In this document: positions 1 through 11,391 of the stretch, one piece after another | Numbering within the stretch: the first letter of the stretch is position 1 | Layout: each line of letters begins with the position of its first letter | Assembly (NCBI RefSeq): GCF_006345805.1 | Contig: NW_021835093.1 | Coordinates: forward strand, 1-42,688 | Origin: Octopus sinensis | Lineage: Eukaryota | Direction: 5' to 3' | DNA length: 42,688 bases | Made by a program: the position numbers and the translations under genes | Notes under the pieces: model-generated | The model's input: the letters and a program-made list of their open reading frames with translations, nothing else | Told to the model about the DNA's origin: nothing | The model's database searches: none

Positions 1-142
1 TTCACCCATTCACAATGTCCGCTGATCCTTGTAAGGAACTCGTAACATTCTCCTATACTCCGACATTTCGAACGCATTCATTCTATTCGCTTCGAATTTG
101 TTCAGAGTCCATGCTTCACATCCATAAATACCTGTTGGCCAA
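1..142 (-). mobile_element. RTE-clade LINE reverse transcriptase fragment (post-RT/thumb region)
   Basis: Minus strand reads WPTGIYGCEAWTLNKFEANRMNAFEMSEYRRMLRVPYKDQRT, matching the RTE motif LYGCE(T/A)WTL...LxAFEMWxxRRxLRIxWxDxxTN. Confidence 0.75.
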
Positions 143-312
143 TAATAATAATAATGATAATAATAATATATATAATAATAATAATAATAATAATATAATA
201 ATAATAATAATAATAATAATGATGATGATAATAATAATATATAATAATAATAATAATAATGATAATATAATAATAATAATAAAATAATAATATAATAATA
301 ATAATAATAATG

Positions 313-343
<31 letters not shown>

Positions 344-454
344 TCATGATATAATAATAATAATAATAATAATAATATAATAATAATAATAATATAATAA
401 TGATAATAATAATAATAATAATAAATAATAATGATAATAATAATATAATAATAC
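143..454 (+). repeat. (TAA)n microsatellite with GAT/TAT interruptions; probable tail of the adjacent minus-strand element
   Basis: Directly visible trinucleotide array. Confidence 0.95.
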
Positions 455-530
455 ACATATTAGCAATTAAACAAAAAAAATAGCGCCTGACACTGCTTGC
501 GTGTGATTTATTCATCTTGTTGCTGTGATT
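455..530 (-). mobile_element. 3' end of an unclassified (ATT)n-tailed retroelement, copy 1
   Basis: Reverse complement is nearly identical to 1001-1075 (AATCACAGCAACAAGATGAATAAATCACACGCAAGCAGTGTCAG...). Both copies run into (ATT)n on their sense strand. Confidence 0.6.
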
Positions 531-790
531 AAATTTCATATTGGCCAACAGGTATTTATGGGAGTGGCTCTTCCAATTATTTGCCGCATATGAATACGAG
601 GAAGTCGATAATCTAAATATCCGTACCCACGGTATTGCTATGACAGCAATGTCACTTGTTTAATATCTTCAGGTCCCAAGATTTAAATGTGGTGACCACC
701 AGTGGCATCGGACACAATCTTTACAAGAATTCAATAAATTAGAAGAGAGAGGTACCTCAGATTTTTTAGCCATTTATTTATTTATTTATT

Positions 791-870
791 TACGTTCAGG
801 GTTCAAATTGTGCAGTATCTAAAATTGTGTTGTATTCCTAGCGGGTAGATAAGAAAAGGTACCAGTCATA
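791..870 (+). mobile_element. Degenerate SINE family A fragment
   Basis: TTACGTTCAGGGTTCAAATT...GATAAGAAAAGGTACCAGT resembles TACGTTCTGAGTTCAAATT...GATTAAATAAGTACCAGT at 2555-2628. Confidence 0.35.
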
Positions 871-1000
871 CAATAGGGACAATGCAGTCCACGACAAATG
901 TTCCCTACAAACATGTCTGAGAAATCTCTTGATTTCTATTTCCATTCTTACACATTTCAGGCAATATTTTTCATTTCTGCTCTCTCCATTTTGAAATCAA

Positions 1001-1075
1001 ATCACAGCAACAAGATGAATAAATCACACGCAAGCAGTGTCAGACGCTATTTTTTTGTTTAATTGCTGATATTAT
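1001..1075 (+). mobile_element. 3' end of an unclassified (ATT)n-tailed retroelement, copy 2
   Basis: Inverted copy of 455-530, followed by the (ATT)n array. Confidence 0.6.
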
Positions 1076-1182
1076 CATTATTATCATTATTATGTTTATT
1101 ATTATTATTATTATTATTATCATTATTATTATTATTATCATTATTATCATTATTATGTTTATTATTATTATTATTATTATTA

Positions 1183-1229
<47 letters not shown>

Positions 1230-1300
1230 CATCATCATCATCATCATCATCATCATTATTATTATTATTATTATTGTTATTATTATTATTATCATTATTA

Positions 1301-1369
<69 letters not shown>

Positions 1370-1395
1370 CATTATCAGCATTATTATTATTATCG
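1076..1395 (+). repeat. (ATT)n/(ATC)n microsatellite
   Basis: Directly visible. Confidence 0.95.
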
Positions 1396-1829
1396 TTACC
1401 ATATTTCATTTCATTTCTGTTCGGTCAAGCGCAAATCCCCTTAACCACCTGGACCTCATTTCTGCATTTGAGGAATTTTATAAAAGATTTACTGGTCTCT
1501 AAATCTCTAATCCGACAATTGCAAAGACACAAAGCCGAACAAAGCCAGTATTAACAGAGTGTTTAACGCTCTGCCAGTTCTTCAGAAATGAAGAATTCTC
1601 TCCAAGAAAATTCGAACAGAGTCCATTTCCGGATTGTGAATTGGTTTGGCATTTCTGGAAGCGCCATCACCGAGGACTTTGTTGTTGAATAGATTTAATT
1701 ACTCATTTTTGAAATTAAATATGTTCAATTACACATACACACACACACACATTCGCTAACAATAATACATACACAAACACATGTATACACTCACAAATAC
1801 ATATTCACAGATACACACAGGCACACATC

Positions 1830-1921
1830 CTTATATATATGCGAGTGTGCATGTGTGTTTGTGTGTGCGTATTGTGTGTGCATGCATATATATATTATCT
1901 ATACATACATAATATATATAC

Positions 1922-2009
<88 letters not shown>

Positions 2010-2345
2010 GTACGTATATATATAATATAAACATACATACAAAGACAAATACACATATATACACCCGTACACGCACATACATATATGTGTATATATGTAT
2101 AGATTCATATACATACCTACATGTTCACACACACACACACACACACACACATACAATGTACTTGCATACGTACATAGACGTACCAAATGATGTAGTAGCA
2201 TGTCTATACTCACTCATATATGTGTAGGTATGTGTATGTGTATTGTGTGCGTTTGTTGTTCGTGTATGTATGGGTTACATATGTACGTGTGTGTTGGCAT
2301 TTATTGTGAATACCTCGATTAGACAAATTATGATGTATGTGTGTG
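1830..2345. repeat. Compound (TA)n/(CA)n/(TG)n microsatellite region
   Basis: Directly visible. Confidence 0.9.
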
Positions 2346-2500
2346 TGTATTTGGGTTTATATTTGCCCCCCACCACTTCTTGATAACCGTTGTTGGTGTG
2401 TTTACGTCTCCATAAATTAGCGGTTCGGCAAAAGCCTCCGATAGAATAAGCACAAGGCTTTAAGAAAATAAATATTGGGCTCCTTTGATTAAGAATTCTG
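2345..2500 (+). mobile_element. SINE family C, 3' half
   Basis: CCCCCCACCAC..TTGATAACCGTTGTTGGTGTGTTTACGTC..TTAGCGGTTCGGCAAAAG..CGATAGAATAAG matches the 3' halves of 15246-15670 and 36198-36553. Confidence 0.7.
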
Positions 2501-2501
2501 C

Positions 2502-2720
2502 AAGGCAGATACCGCTAAGCTGGGCGAAATGCTTGGCGGTATTTCGTCTGCCGCTACGTTCTGAGTTCAAATTCCGCCGAGGTCGACTTTGCCCTTCATC
2601 CTTTCAGGGTCGATTAAATAAGTACCAGTTACGCACTGGGGCCGATATAATCGACTTAATCCGTTTGTCTGTCATTGTTTGTTCCCTCTGTGTGTAGCCC
2701 CTTGTGGGCAGTAAAGAAAT
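2502..2720 (+). mobile_element. tRNA-derived SINE family A
   Basis: B-box-like GAGTTCAAATTCC followed by GTCGACTTTGCCCTTCATCCTTTCAGGGTCGATTAAATAAGTACCAG, which resembles the Meta-type SINE core as I recall it. Several homologous copies occur in the window. Confidence 0.85.
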
Positions 2721-2835
2721 AAGTATTTCGCCTGTCTTTACGTCCTGAGTTCAAATTCCACCTAGGTCGACTTCGATCTAATCGACTGACCACCTCTCCA
2801 AAACCTCCGGCCTTGTGCCAAGAGTAGAAAAGATT
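2721..2835 (+). mobile_element. SINE family A, internally deleted tandem copy
   Basis: GTATTTCG..TACGTCCTGAGTTCAAATTCC..GGTCGACTT is joined directly to the 3' end GGCCTTGTGCCAAGAGTAGAAAAGATT. Confidence 0.7.
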
Positions 2836-2849
2836 CTACAAGGCAGATT

Positions 2850-2945
2850 ATCGCATATTAATACTTAGTATGATGATGCGAGTTCGATTCTCGGACCTGG
2901 CGCTATTGTAGAAGATACTTCACTTCATTTCGCCAGTAGCTGGCG
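2850..2945 (+). mobile_element. Degenerate SINE family B fragment
   Basis: GAGTTCGATTCTCGGACCTGGCG...CACTTCATTTC resembles the family B head and body. Confidence 0.3.
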
Positions 2946-3131
2946 AAAGGGTTTTAACTCTTCGAAGGACTGTCGTCTTATCCAGGGATAGGCTAGTGTC
3001 ATGTTCTTTCATTTTTTAAAACACACCAGTGAAACCAAGCCAAACTTCATACAGCAAAATAACTTTCAGGCATCGACACAGACTTTCAGTCATAAAGTCT
3101 AGAAATAGCGCAGAATGATGAGAATGGTTTC

Positions 3132-3339
3132 AAATTTTTGTACAGAGCCAGCAATTTCGGTGGAGGGGGTCAGTCGACTACATTGACTCCTGTGTTCAAC
3201 TGGTACTTATTTATCAACCCCGAACGGATGAAAAGCAAAGTCAACCTCAGCGGAACTTGAACTCAGAACGCAAAGACGGACGAAATGCCGCTAAGCATTT
3301 TTGTCCGGCCGGCTAACAATTCTGCCAGCTCGCCGTCTT
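3132..3339 (-). mobile_element. SINE family A
   Basis: Reverse complement starts AAGACGGCGAGCTGGCAGAATTGTTAGCCGG (A-box), then GAGTTCAAGTTCC (B-box) and the family core. Confidence 0.85.
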
Positions 3340-3731
3340 GCTGGATAATAAACGTTGACTGTGTTGCTGTTGTTGTTGATGTTATTGTTGCTGTTGTTGT
3401 TGTTGTTTTTGTTGTTGTTGTTGTTGTCATCGTCGTTCTTTCTGGAATTGGTGCCGTTGTTGTTGTTGTTGTTGTTGTTGTTGTTACTGAGTAGATGTGG
3501 GGTTTTATATGCGACCAGAAGAGGAAACCAAGACTTAACAACAACAACAACAACAAAAATAAAAGAAAAGACTCACGAAGCACCGAAACCACCACGAAGA
3601 TAGTTCAGTCGCATTTTTATCGCAGACATATTCAAGAACCAAAGAGGAGAGAATGGCTCACAGAGGCAGAAAAACTATCTTAACTTCCAAAACTATTGAA
3701 ACAATTTTTTAAAAACAATTCTTATTAATAA

Positions 3732-4118
3732 CTAGCAGTATCGCCCGGCGTTGCTCGGAAATAACTATATAAGCATTTTTAGAGAGTTATAGCAAAAAAA
3801 TAGCAAAAAAAATGCATTAAAAATGGAAAAAAATGATGGTAAATTTTTTTAAATCGTTGACTCATCGTAGACATTTTTAGAGAGTTACTTCCCTTATATA
3901 ATAGCGAAAAAATGCATTAAAATTGAAAAAAAAATGATGGTAACTTTTTTTTTAAATCGTAGACTCATCGTAGACGCGCGCTAATACCCAGAAGGGCTCG
4001 ATATGAATCACGACTATAAGATACCCGGTTTTGGTTAAACTGCACCGCAAAATGTGGGAGTAGTTAGGAATCTAAATCGTAGGAGACAGACACACAACTT
4101 CACTTTTATATATAAAGA
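3732..4118 (-). mobile_element. Non-autonomous Helitron
   Basis: Minus strand begins TC (TCTTTATATATAAAAG) and ends CTAG with a short subterminal CCG..CGG hairpin (CCGAGCAACGCCGG). It sits between A and T with no TSD and has an internal ~95-bp direct repeat. Confidence 0.8.
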
Positions 4119-4172
4119 TTAATTGCATAGATATAATAAAATAAAATAAAATAAATGCGCCCTTTTAATTAT

Positions 4173-4385
4173 GGGCCCGGTTTCCCGGTTTTAATGGCGT
4201 ATGTGTTTACCAGCTGGACTGAACGCCAGTCCATCGCAGCGTTACTCATTTTTGCCAGCTGAGTGGACTGGAGCAACGTGAAATGAAGTGTTTTGCTCAA
4301 GAACACAACGCGTCGCCCGGTCCAGGAATCGAAACCACAATCTTTCGATCATGATGTTGACACCCTAACCACTAAGCCACGCGCC
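4173..4385 (-). mobile_element. tRNA-derived SINE family B (V-domain-like core)
   Basis: Reverse complement: GGCGCGTGGCTTAGTGGTTAGGG (A-box), GGTTTCGATTCC (B-box), then TGCGATGGACTGGCG, the V-SINE-type core as I recall it. Confidence 0.85.
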
Positions 4386-4653
4386 TTCACAACATAGATA
4401 TGATATCATTTTTTTCTTGCGAATGGCTATAAGGGTTCAGTATAGTAAAACAGGAATTAAAGAAGTCTGCGATTAAAAGAAATGGTTGTGAGCCACTGCC
4501 GTAAACGAACTTCTTACGTTTTTAGCTGCGAAAATATCGCAAAAGATAAATTCAAGGAAAAGAAAAAATGACTGGTTTGCAGAGGATGACAAAAGATGCT
4601 ACTATGGATGGAAAGATCAATTATCGATCAATAAACCTATAAGAATTGAATGT

Positions 4654-4830
4654 GTGTGGCTTAGGGATTAGACTGTTGTGCTGACGGTCGCAAGATGAAG
4701 GTCTCGATTCCAGGAGCGGGCGGTACGTTGCGCAAAACACTTCATTTCGCGTTATTCCCGACCCACCAACTGTAATCAAGTATTCCCGAGACGGACCCTA
4801 CGACGGACTGGCGTCCAGTTGAGGGAGGAA
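4654..4830 (+). mobile_element. SINE family B, diverged
   Basis: GTGGCTTAGGGATTAG..GGTCTCGATTCC..AAAACACTTCATTTC..TACGACGGACTGGCGTCCAG. Confidence 0.65.
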
Positions 4831-4877
4831 TTTGGTGATCCCAGTCATTTATGAGCCTGAGACTGTGAAGTCCAGGA

Positions 4878-4915
4878 GATGATGATGATGACGATGATGA
4901 TGATGGTGGTGGTGG

Positions 4916-4947
<32 letters not shown>

Positions 4948-4987
4948 GTGATGATGATGGTGGTGGTGATGATGATGATGATGATAG

Positions 4988-5023
<36 letters not shown>

Positions 5024-5056
5024 CGACGACGACCATGATGATGATGACGATCATGA
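4878..5056 (+). repeat. (GAT)n microsatellite with GGT/GAC variants
   Basis: Directly visible. Confidence 0.95.
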
Positions 5057-5326
5057 TGTTTATCTTGAAACTGACAGTAGAAAGAGGAAGAAAGGTGTGA
5101 AGTGAGCAAGGATTAACTCCCAGAATGCATTTGGTAATATTCTTCAAACATGGATTCTGGAAACATCGCCAACGGAGTGAGATGGCACCAAGATTAGTCA
5201 GACACATCTAAAGACAGCATCACGAAATGGCAAACAGTTCTGCAGGAACAAAGGAGGGAATTATGAAAATTGAACCTATTTTCATTAGAAGATGGCGACG
5301 GAGAAGGTATTTTGAATGGAGTTTTA

Positions 5327-5450
5327 GTTTATCGACCGCGAAGAGACAAGTCAGCCTCGGTGGGACACGAACTCAGAATGTAAAGAACTGGAAAAAGAAA
5401 ATACCGTAAAGAATTATTTTGCTGACACTCTTCGAGATTCTGCCAGTCCA
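5327..5450 (-). mobile_element. SINE family A, degenerate
   Basis: TTATCGACCGCGAAG..AAGTCAGCCTCGGTGG..GAACTCAGAATGTAAAG..GATTCTGCCAG aligns to the plus-strand text of 3210-3330. Confidence 0.6.
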
Positions 5451-5549
5451 CGACTGATGAGGGGGGGTGTTGGGTGTTGGCAGATAAACTCTTCAGATAC
5501 GGGAGTCTGGCGTGGCCAATGCTGTCGTCGCTGTTGCTTGTCGTGTTGC

Positions 5550-5554
5550 TATTG

Positions 5555-5586
<32 letters not shown>

Positions 5587-6035
5587 GGTCGCGGCGGTAA
5601 TGATCATGATGGTAGTGGTGGTGGTAGTGGTGGTGGTGGTGGTGGTAGTCGTGGTAGTGGTGATGGCAATGATGATGGTGGTGGTGGTGGTGGTGGTGGT
5701 GGTGGTGGTGGTGGTCGCGGCGGTAATGATGATGATGGTAGTGGTGGTGGCGGTGGTGGTAGTCGTGGTAGTGGTGATGGTAATGATGATGGTGGTGGTG
5801 GTGGTGGTGGTGGTGGTGGTGGTCGCGGCGGTAATGATGATGATGGTAGTGGTGGTGGTGGTGGGGGGTAGTGGTTATGGTAATGATGGTGGTGGTGGTG
5901 GTGATGATAGCGTCAACGCATGCTCATGGTCAATACAGGCTCTAACAGTGTCTGTACTGATGGTAATGATAATGTCGGCGGCGGCGAAGACGGCGGCGGC
6001 GGTGGTGGTGGTGGTGGTGGTGGTGGTGGTGGTGG
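5550..6035 (+). repeat. (GGT)n-rich compound repeat containing a ~120-bp higher-order tandem unit
   Basis: GGTCGCGGCGGTAATGAT occurs at about 5587, 5713 and 5821; AGTCGTGGTAGTGGTGATGG occurs twice. Confidence 0.85.
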
Positions 6036-6780
6036 CAGTAATTACAAAAGTACATGTTCCTATCTGTATGTGTGCGTGTATTGTTTTAGTATGTGAGTAT
6101 GCTTGTGTATTTGTGTCCATGTATGTATGTATGTGTATGTGTATGTATTATATGTATGTGTATGTGTGTTTGTGGTTATGTGTGTATGTCTGTATTTGGT
6201 AGCAGTCATCAAGCAGATAATATCAGACAGTTATAAAGACATAAAAAATATATAAAAAATATATATATAAATACAGGAGGAGGAGGAGGAGGAGGAGGAA
6301 GAAGAGGAAAACGATGAATTATATATAAACACGAAAATAAAATGTTATTTGTGAAATTTTAATTCTTTTAATAATTTACATTTATTTTTAAAATTCTGTT
6401 TCCAATAATTTTAATTTTATTGTTTTTTAAGTATTTTTGTTTTGTATTTTTATAATTCTTGTTTTACATTAAGATATGTCTTTTTATATTTTTATATTCA
6501 AGGACAGAACAAAAAAATGGTAAACCAATAAAACAAAACAAAAAAAAGAAAAAGAACAAACAGGTGAAAATGGCTAAAAATAAAAAATATATATAAAAAA
6601 AAAAGAAAGCCAAATATGGTAATTATAGAAGGAGACGACAATTCCACTTGATAATTGAATTTCGAGGAAATAAAGAAAAAAAAGTTAGTCCACACTTGAG
6701 ATGACATAAAAGACGAGAATGGACGCGAGAAGAAGAGACGAGAAGTTTAGTGTGAACTCTTGACTATCAAAGAAGAGAGA

Positions 6781-6812
6781 AAAATGGCGTTTGGTAGAAC
6801 ATGCGCATGCGC
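6781..6812. promoter_or_regulatory. Candidate promoter motifs: YY1-like AAAATGGCG and NRF1/EWG-like TGCGCATGCGC
   Basis: Both motifs lie within 32 bp in a locally CpG-rich patch (6715-6840). Confidence 0.3.
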
Positions 6813-7236
6813 CGTCGGTTAAGGTGGACGTACGCGTGTTTGATTGTCTGCACATGTTATTGTGTGTGAGTGTGTGTGAGTGTGTGTGTGTGTGTGGTGA
6901 GTGTGTGTGTGAGTCTGTGTGTGTGTGGCGTGTGTGTGTGTGGTGGGTGTGTCTGTGTGTACCTGTGTATGCGTCTGCGGTTGTATTTTGTGAGGTGAAA
7001 GGGAAATGTGTATGGTCCATGTTTGTGTGTGTGTAAGTCTGTGTACCATTGGATGCATTTGTGTGTTTGTTTGTGTGTGTGTGTGTGTGTGTGTGTGAAC
7101 GAGAGAGTGAGTGATTGCGTGTGTACATGTATATGTTAGTGGTTCTGTTTTGTATGGTTGAAAGGGGACGACTGTTTGGTCATTTATGTGTGTGCGTGTG
7201 TGTGTGTGCGTGTGTGTGTGCATGCGTGTGTAGGTG

Positions 7237-7291
<55 letters not shown>

Positions 7292-7829
7292 TAAACTCTG
7301 AAGTTGAGGACTCAAATCAACCACCGAGTACTCGATGTCTTTCTGAAGACAGCAATTTTCTTTTCTTAAATGAAAGGAAAGACGAACCATTCCCTATCTC
7401 AGTTCAAGTCAACAGTTTGGCATTCATAAAAAATATTACTATCTATATGGGGAAGTCTCCGGCGGTAGGTTATCGCCTTATCCTTGAGTAACTTTATCCT
7501 TCATCTGTTCAACGCTAGATTGGCAGACCTATATCATCTGTATGCATATCATTGATTAGCTGCTTCATTGCACAGCTATCATCATAAAGACCTAGGTGTT
7601 CCAACCATGGCCGCCTTGTTTAATAATAGAACAGTACGGTCCGATTGAGGGAGGTCTGGGTGCTACTCCTCGCGTTTGTGAAATGTTTGATCGCAATAGA
7701 TTCTTGCTGTGGCGACTTCCTTTCATTTTGCTTCAAGCTGGAGCAGTTCTGAATCCCTTAAAACTACATCCCTTTTGGGAAAGGCATCAACTTCACAACA
7801 ACACAATGAGATTCTTCCTCACACGACGA

Positions 7830-7990
7830 GTCTACTTGCTAGAAAGAAAAAACAGCGAAATTTCATTCAGACCATCCATAACTTATAAAACAGTAATATA
7901 ATGAATATTTTGTTTGAAAATAAGGTGGGATGGTCACATTTAGAACGCTTTGATTAGAGGTCTGTCTGATCAGAAGTGACTTGGGGCTAA
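7830..7990 (+). mobile_element. SINE-like family E, degenerate
   Basis: GGGATGGTCAC..CTTTGATTAGAGGTCTG..TGATCAG..GACTTGGGGCTAA resembles the 3' ends at 9060-9135 and 33670-33752. Confidence 0.4.
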
Positions 7991-8403
7991 GGTGATGCCG
8001 TGTCTGTGTTTAGTCATGTACATTTTCGTATGTGCATCTCCGTGTCGCCATGCGTGTTTGTATGTATGTACACGTTTGTGTTTACACGTGTGTGTATGTG
8101 CATGTGAATATGTATGTTTGTGTGTGTATGCGCGTGTATATATGCGTTGTGTGACTGTATGCGTCTCTGTGTGTGAACGTGAGTGTATGTGTGCGTTATT
8201 GTATGTGTGTGTGTGTGTAGGTGTGTGTGATTATGTGTGCATGAGTTTAAGTGTGAATCTGTGTGTGTGTGTGCGTGTATAAATTTGAGCATGTGTATGT
8301 TTATGTAAGTATGAGTATGTGCATGTATGCCTCAGTATATGTGTGTGCGTGAGTATATGTGTGTGCGTGTGAGTGTGCGTATTTGTGTGAGAGTGTGTCT
8401 GTG

Positions 8404-8505
8404 CGAGAGAGAGAGAGAGAGGGAAAGAGAGAGGGAAAGGGACAGAGAAAGAGAGAGAGAGAAAGGGAGGGAGAGAAAGTGAGAGAGAGAAAGAGAGAGA
8501 GAGAA

Positions 8506-8553
<48 letters not shown>

Positions 8554-8604
8554 AGAAAGAGAGAGAGAGTGAAAGAGGAGAAGAGAGAGAGAGAGAGAGA
8601 GAGA
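8404..8604 (+). repeat. (GA)n polypurine tract
   Basis: Directly visible. Confidence 0.95.
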
Positions 8605-8949
8605 ATTCCTATTTAATTAATTTTATAAATTAATTTTCGGGTATTTTCATGTCAAACAAGATCTTCAACAATGTAGCTTCCATGCAATAACCTTTCTAAT
8701 TTTGTTTTATTAATTAAATTATTTACATATTCGTTAATTATATTTTTGTTCAACAATGCTGAAGATTCAATGAAAATACAGGGACCAAGTAGAAAAATTT
8801 TTTTTAAACCGCTACAACCGGAAATCCACCATATCTTCGCTTTCCTTCTAATTCTTCTTTTCATCTGTCAAATCAACATTTCACATTCCTTTAATCACTG
8901 CTGCATCCTGTTGCCTAATTGAACTCCCTAATTAATTGAATCAATGAAG

Positions 8950-9135
8950 AATCTACTACACAGCCGTTCACTCTGCTAGAAATAACAGCAAAACTTTCCG
9001 AGAATCACAGTCAACATATATAAAGACAGAACAGATTGGATAAACTTAGTCATAGAGAAAATGGTGACAACAGGGTTGGCTCTGATCATAGGCGTGCCTG
9101 ATCAGGACCGACCTAGGATTAAACAACAACAACAG
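8950..9135 (+). mobile_element. SINE-like family E with (AAC)n tail
   Basis: CTAGAAATAACAGC..CTGATCATAGG..TGATCAGGACCGACCTAGGATTAAACAACAACAAC; homologous to 33500-33752. Confidence 0.5.
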
Positions 9136-9506
9136 CCTAATTAATCGACTAAAGAGAAGAATTCTCTTTAGTTTTCCTTGTTTGTTGGTTATATTTATTT
9201 TTTTCTTTATCGCCTAATTAAGGCTAATAACCCTTTAAGTTTTTTGCGACATAATGAAGGATTGTAAAATTTTCTAATTAATTTTTCTTGAAATTAAACG
9301 AACCAAAACAAAAACAAGATGGTTAGATACAAGCAGATCATACACACGCGCGCGCACACAGACACACACACACACATATGCATAAATACATACATACATA
9401 TAAGTACATTGGTGTATGCATACGCATCTACGTGTATAAGTATGTGTATGGCTAAGTATGAGTATTCACATGTATTACGCAAGGCGAAACATGTGTAAGC
9501 ATACAC

Positions 9507-9523
9507 TATAGATAGATAGATAT

Positions 9524-9559
<36 letters not shown>

Positions 9560-9592
9560 AGAGATAGACAGATAGATAGACAGACAGACAGC

Positions 9593-9664
<72 letters not shown>

Positions 9665-9678
9665 TGATAGATAGATAC
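9507..9678 (+). repeat. (GATA)n/(GACA)n microsatellite
   Basis: Directly visible. Confidence 0.95.
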
Positions 9679-11071
9679 ACGCACACACACACATATATAT
9701 ACACATACATATATTTGTGTGTCTGTGTGTATGTGTGCACATGTATGTGTGTATGTCTAGAATTAGTAAATCAGATTAGACAGAGTATACAATACTATGA
9801 TAGAGTATAATATTGTTATCTCAGCTGTCAAGTGATTCTCAAGCAGCTACCTCACTGATCAGTGGGGGAGTTGTCCGAGCAAACTCAGAGTAACGGACTG
9901 ATTATTTAATGAGTGCATGCCTTGAAATATAATAAAACAACGTCTCACTTTAGCACACTTTACAATATATGTTTGAACGAAAGGAGCCATGCTTTGGTAA
10001 AAAGTATGCGAGGACACACCATTATATTCTTTAAAAAAATTTACTAGGACAAAACTGAAATTTTTTGCGGATACTTGAAAGAATGGATATGGTCGTAAAA
10101 CCGTATTTTGAATTTATTTACAGTTAATCTGATATGCGGTTTAAATACGTTGTTATTATGAAGCTATACATTAGCACAATACTTTAATGCTTTCCTACCA
10201 TCTAAATCTAATGTTACGTCTAAAAATCGATATTTGCTAGGTTGCTTTCGCCAAACATTGTTCCTCTAAATTCTTTGAACATAGAAATGATATCAGTTCG
10301 GCATCTATTTACATTATAGCCATTTATATACAATAAATGTATGTGCTTGTATGTATTGTGTTGAAATCGTGAGCTAAATGCACCATACGCATAGAATGGG
10401 GGAATACGCTGCTAAAACGTTAGAACGAAATAACAGAATTAAAGACACAAAAGCACCAAATGTAATCACCACAGAACATTTCAGCCAGCTAACGTAGTAT
10501 TTAAATTTCATTGGAAACCAAGGTTGTAAACATCATGACTCAAACTGTTACATTGGACAAACAAGTACGACACTTTCTCGTCGGCTGAATATGTATCTAC
10601 AAGAAACAACTATTGTTCATAATAGAACAGGAAGTAAAGCTAAATAGTGGAAAGAATTAGCCGATTACTCTAGCCTCATATCAAGAAATTCGAGAGAAAA
10701 AGGGTTAGTTGCCGAAGCTTATCAAGTAGCAAAACACATACCCCAATATCAATGTATGGCTGAGTGAACATGAAATACATTATGATAACAATCTAACATT
10801 AACCATTAAACATTTTAATCTGGTATAGCTAAATTTTGTCAGTTACAAAACCATTCACGAGGTCCCTAATTCTCAAAGTGCAGTAACAAAGCACCATTTT
10901 CACTTCATTCACTCAGAATATCTTTAAGGGAGTCCAGAGAATGGACATTATTGCTACATGTGACGGAAATGGTTTAAGAAAAATACAACGAAAAATAACA
11001 TTCAAAGAGTGTGTACAATGAAAATAAATATTTCAAATGAAAAGTTATTGGAGGGAACCTAACGTTTCCAG

Positions 11072-11117
<46 letters not shown>

Positions 11118-11391
11118 TACACAAATATATGTGTACGTGCGTGCGTGTGTGTGGTGTGTGAGTATGTATATGTATGTGTGAGTATATATATATATACCAG
11201 CCCTCTTCCACACGTACATACATGTTCTCTTATACACATGCACTCGCACCTTCGTTTTGGGATCACCACTATTTTATTTATCTCCCTTTATTCCATACTC
11301 TCCTGTGTCACCCTTCTGTCCGGCATTCGCCATGATAAATCGCTAGCCACTACACATTCTTTATTTTCTCTCCTTGTTTCTTTCTGTGTTC

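Noticed and set aside
5329-5607. Minus ORF with protein-like SDDSIGHARLPYLK..WQNLEECQQNN
   Set aside because: The distal part overlaps a degenerate SINE-A (5327-5450) and the rest is a trinucleotide repeat; no acceptor or continuous upstream frame.
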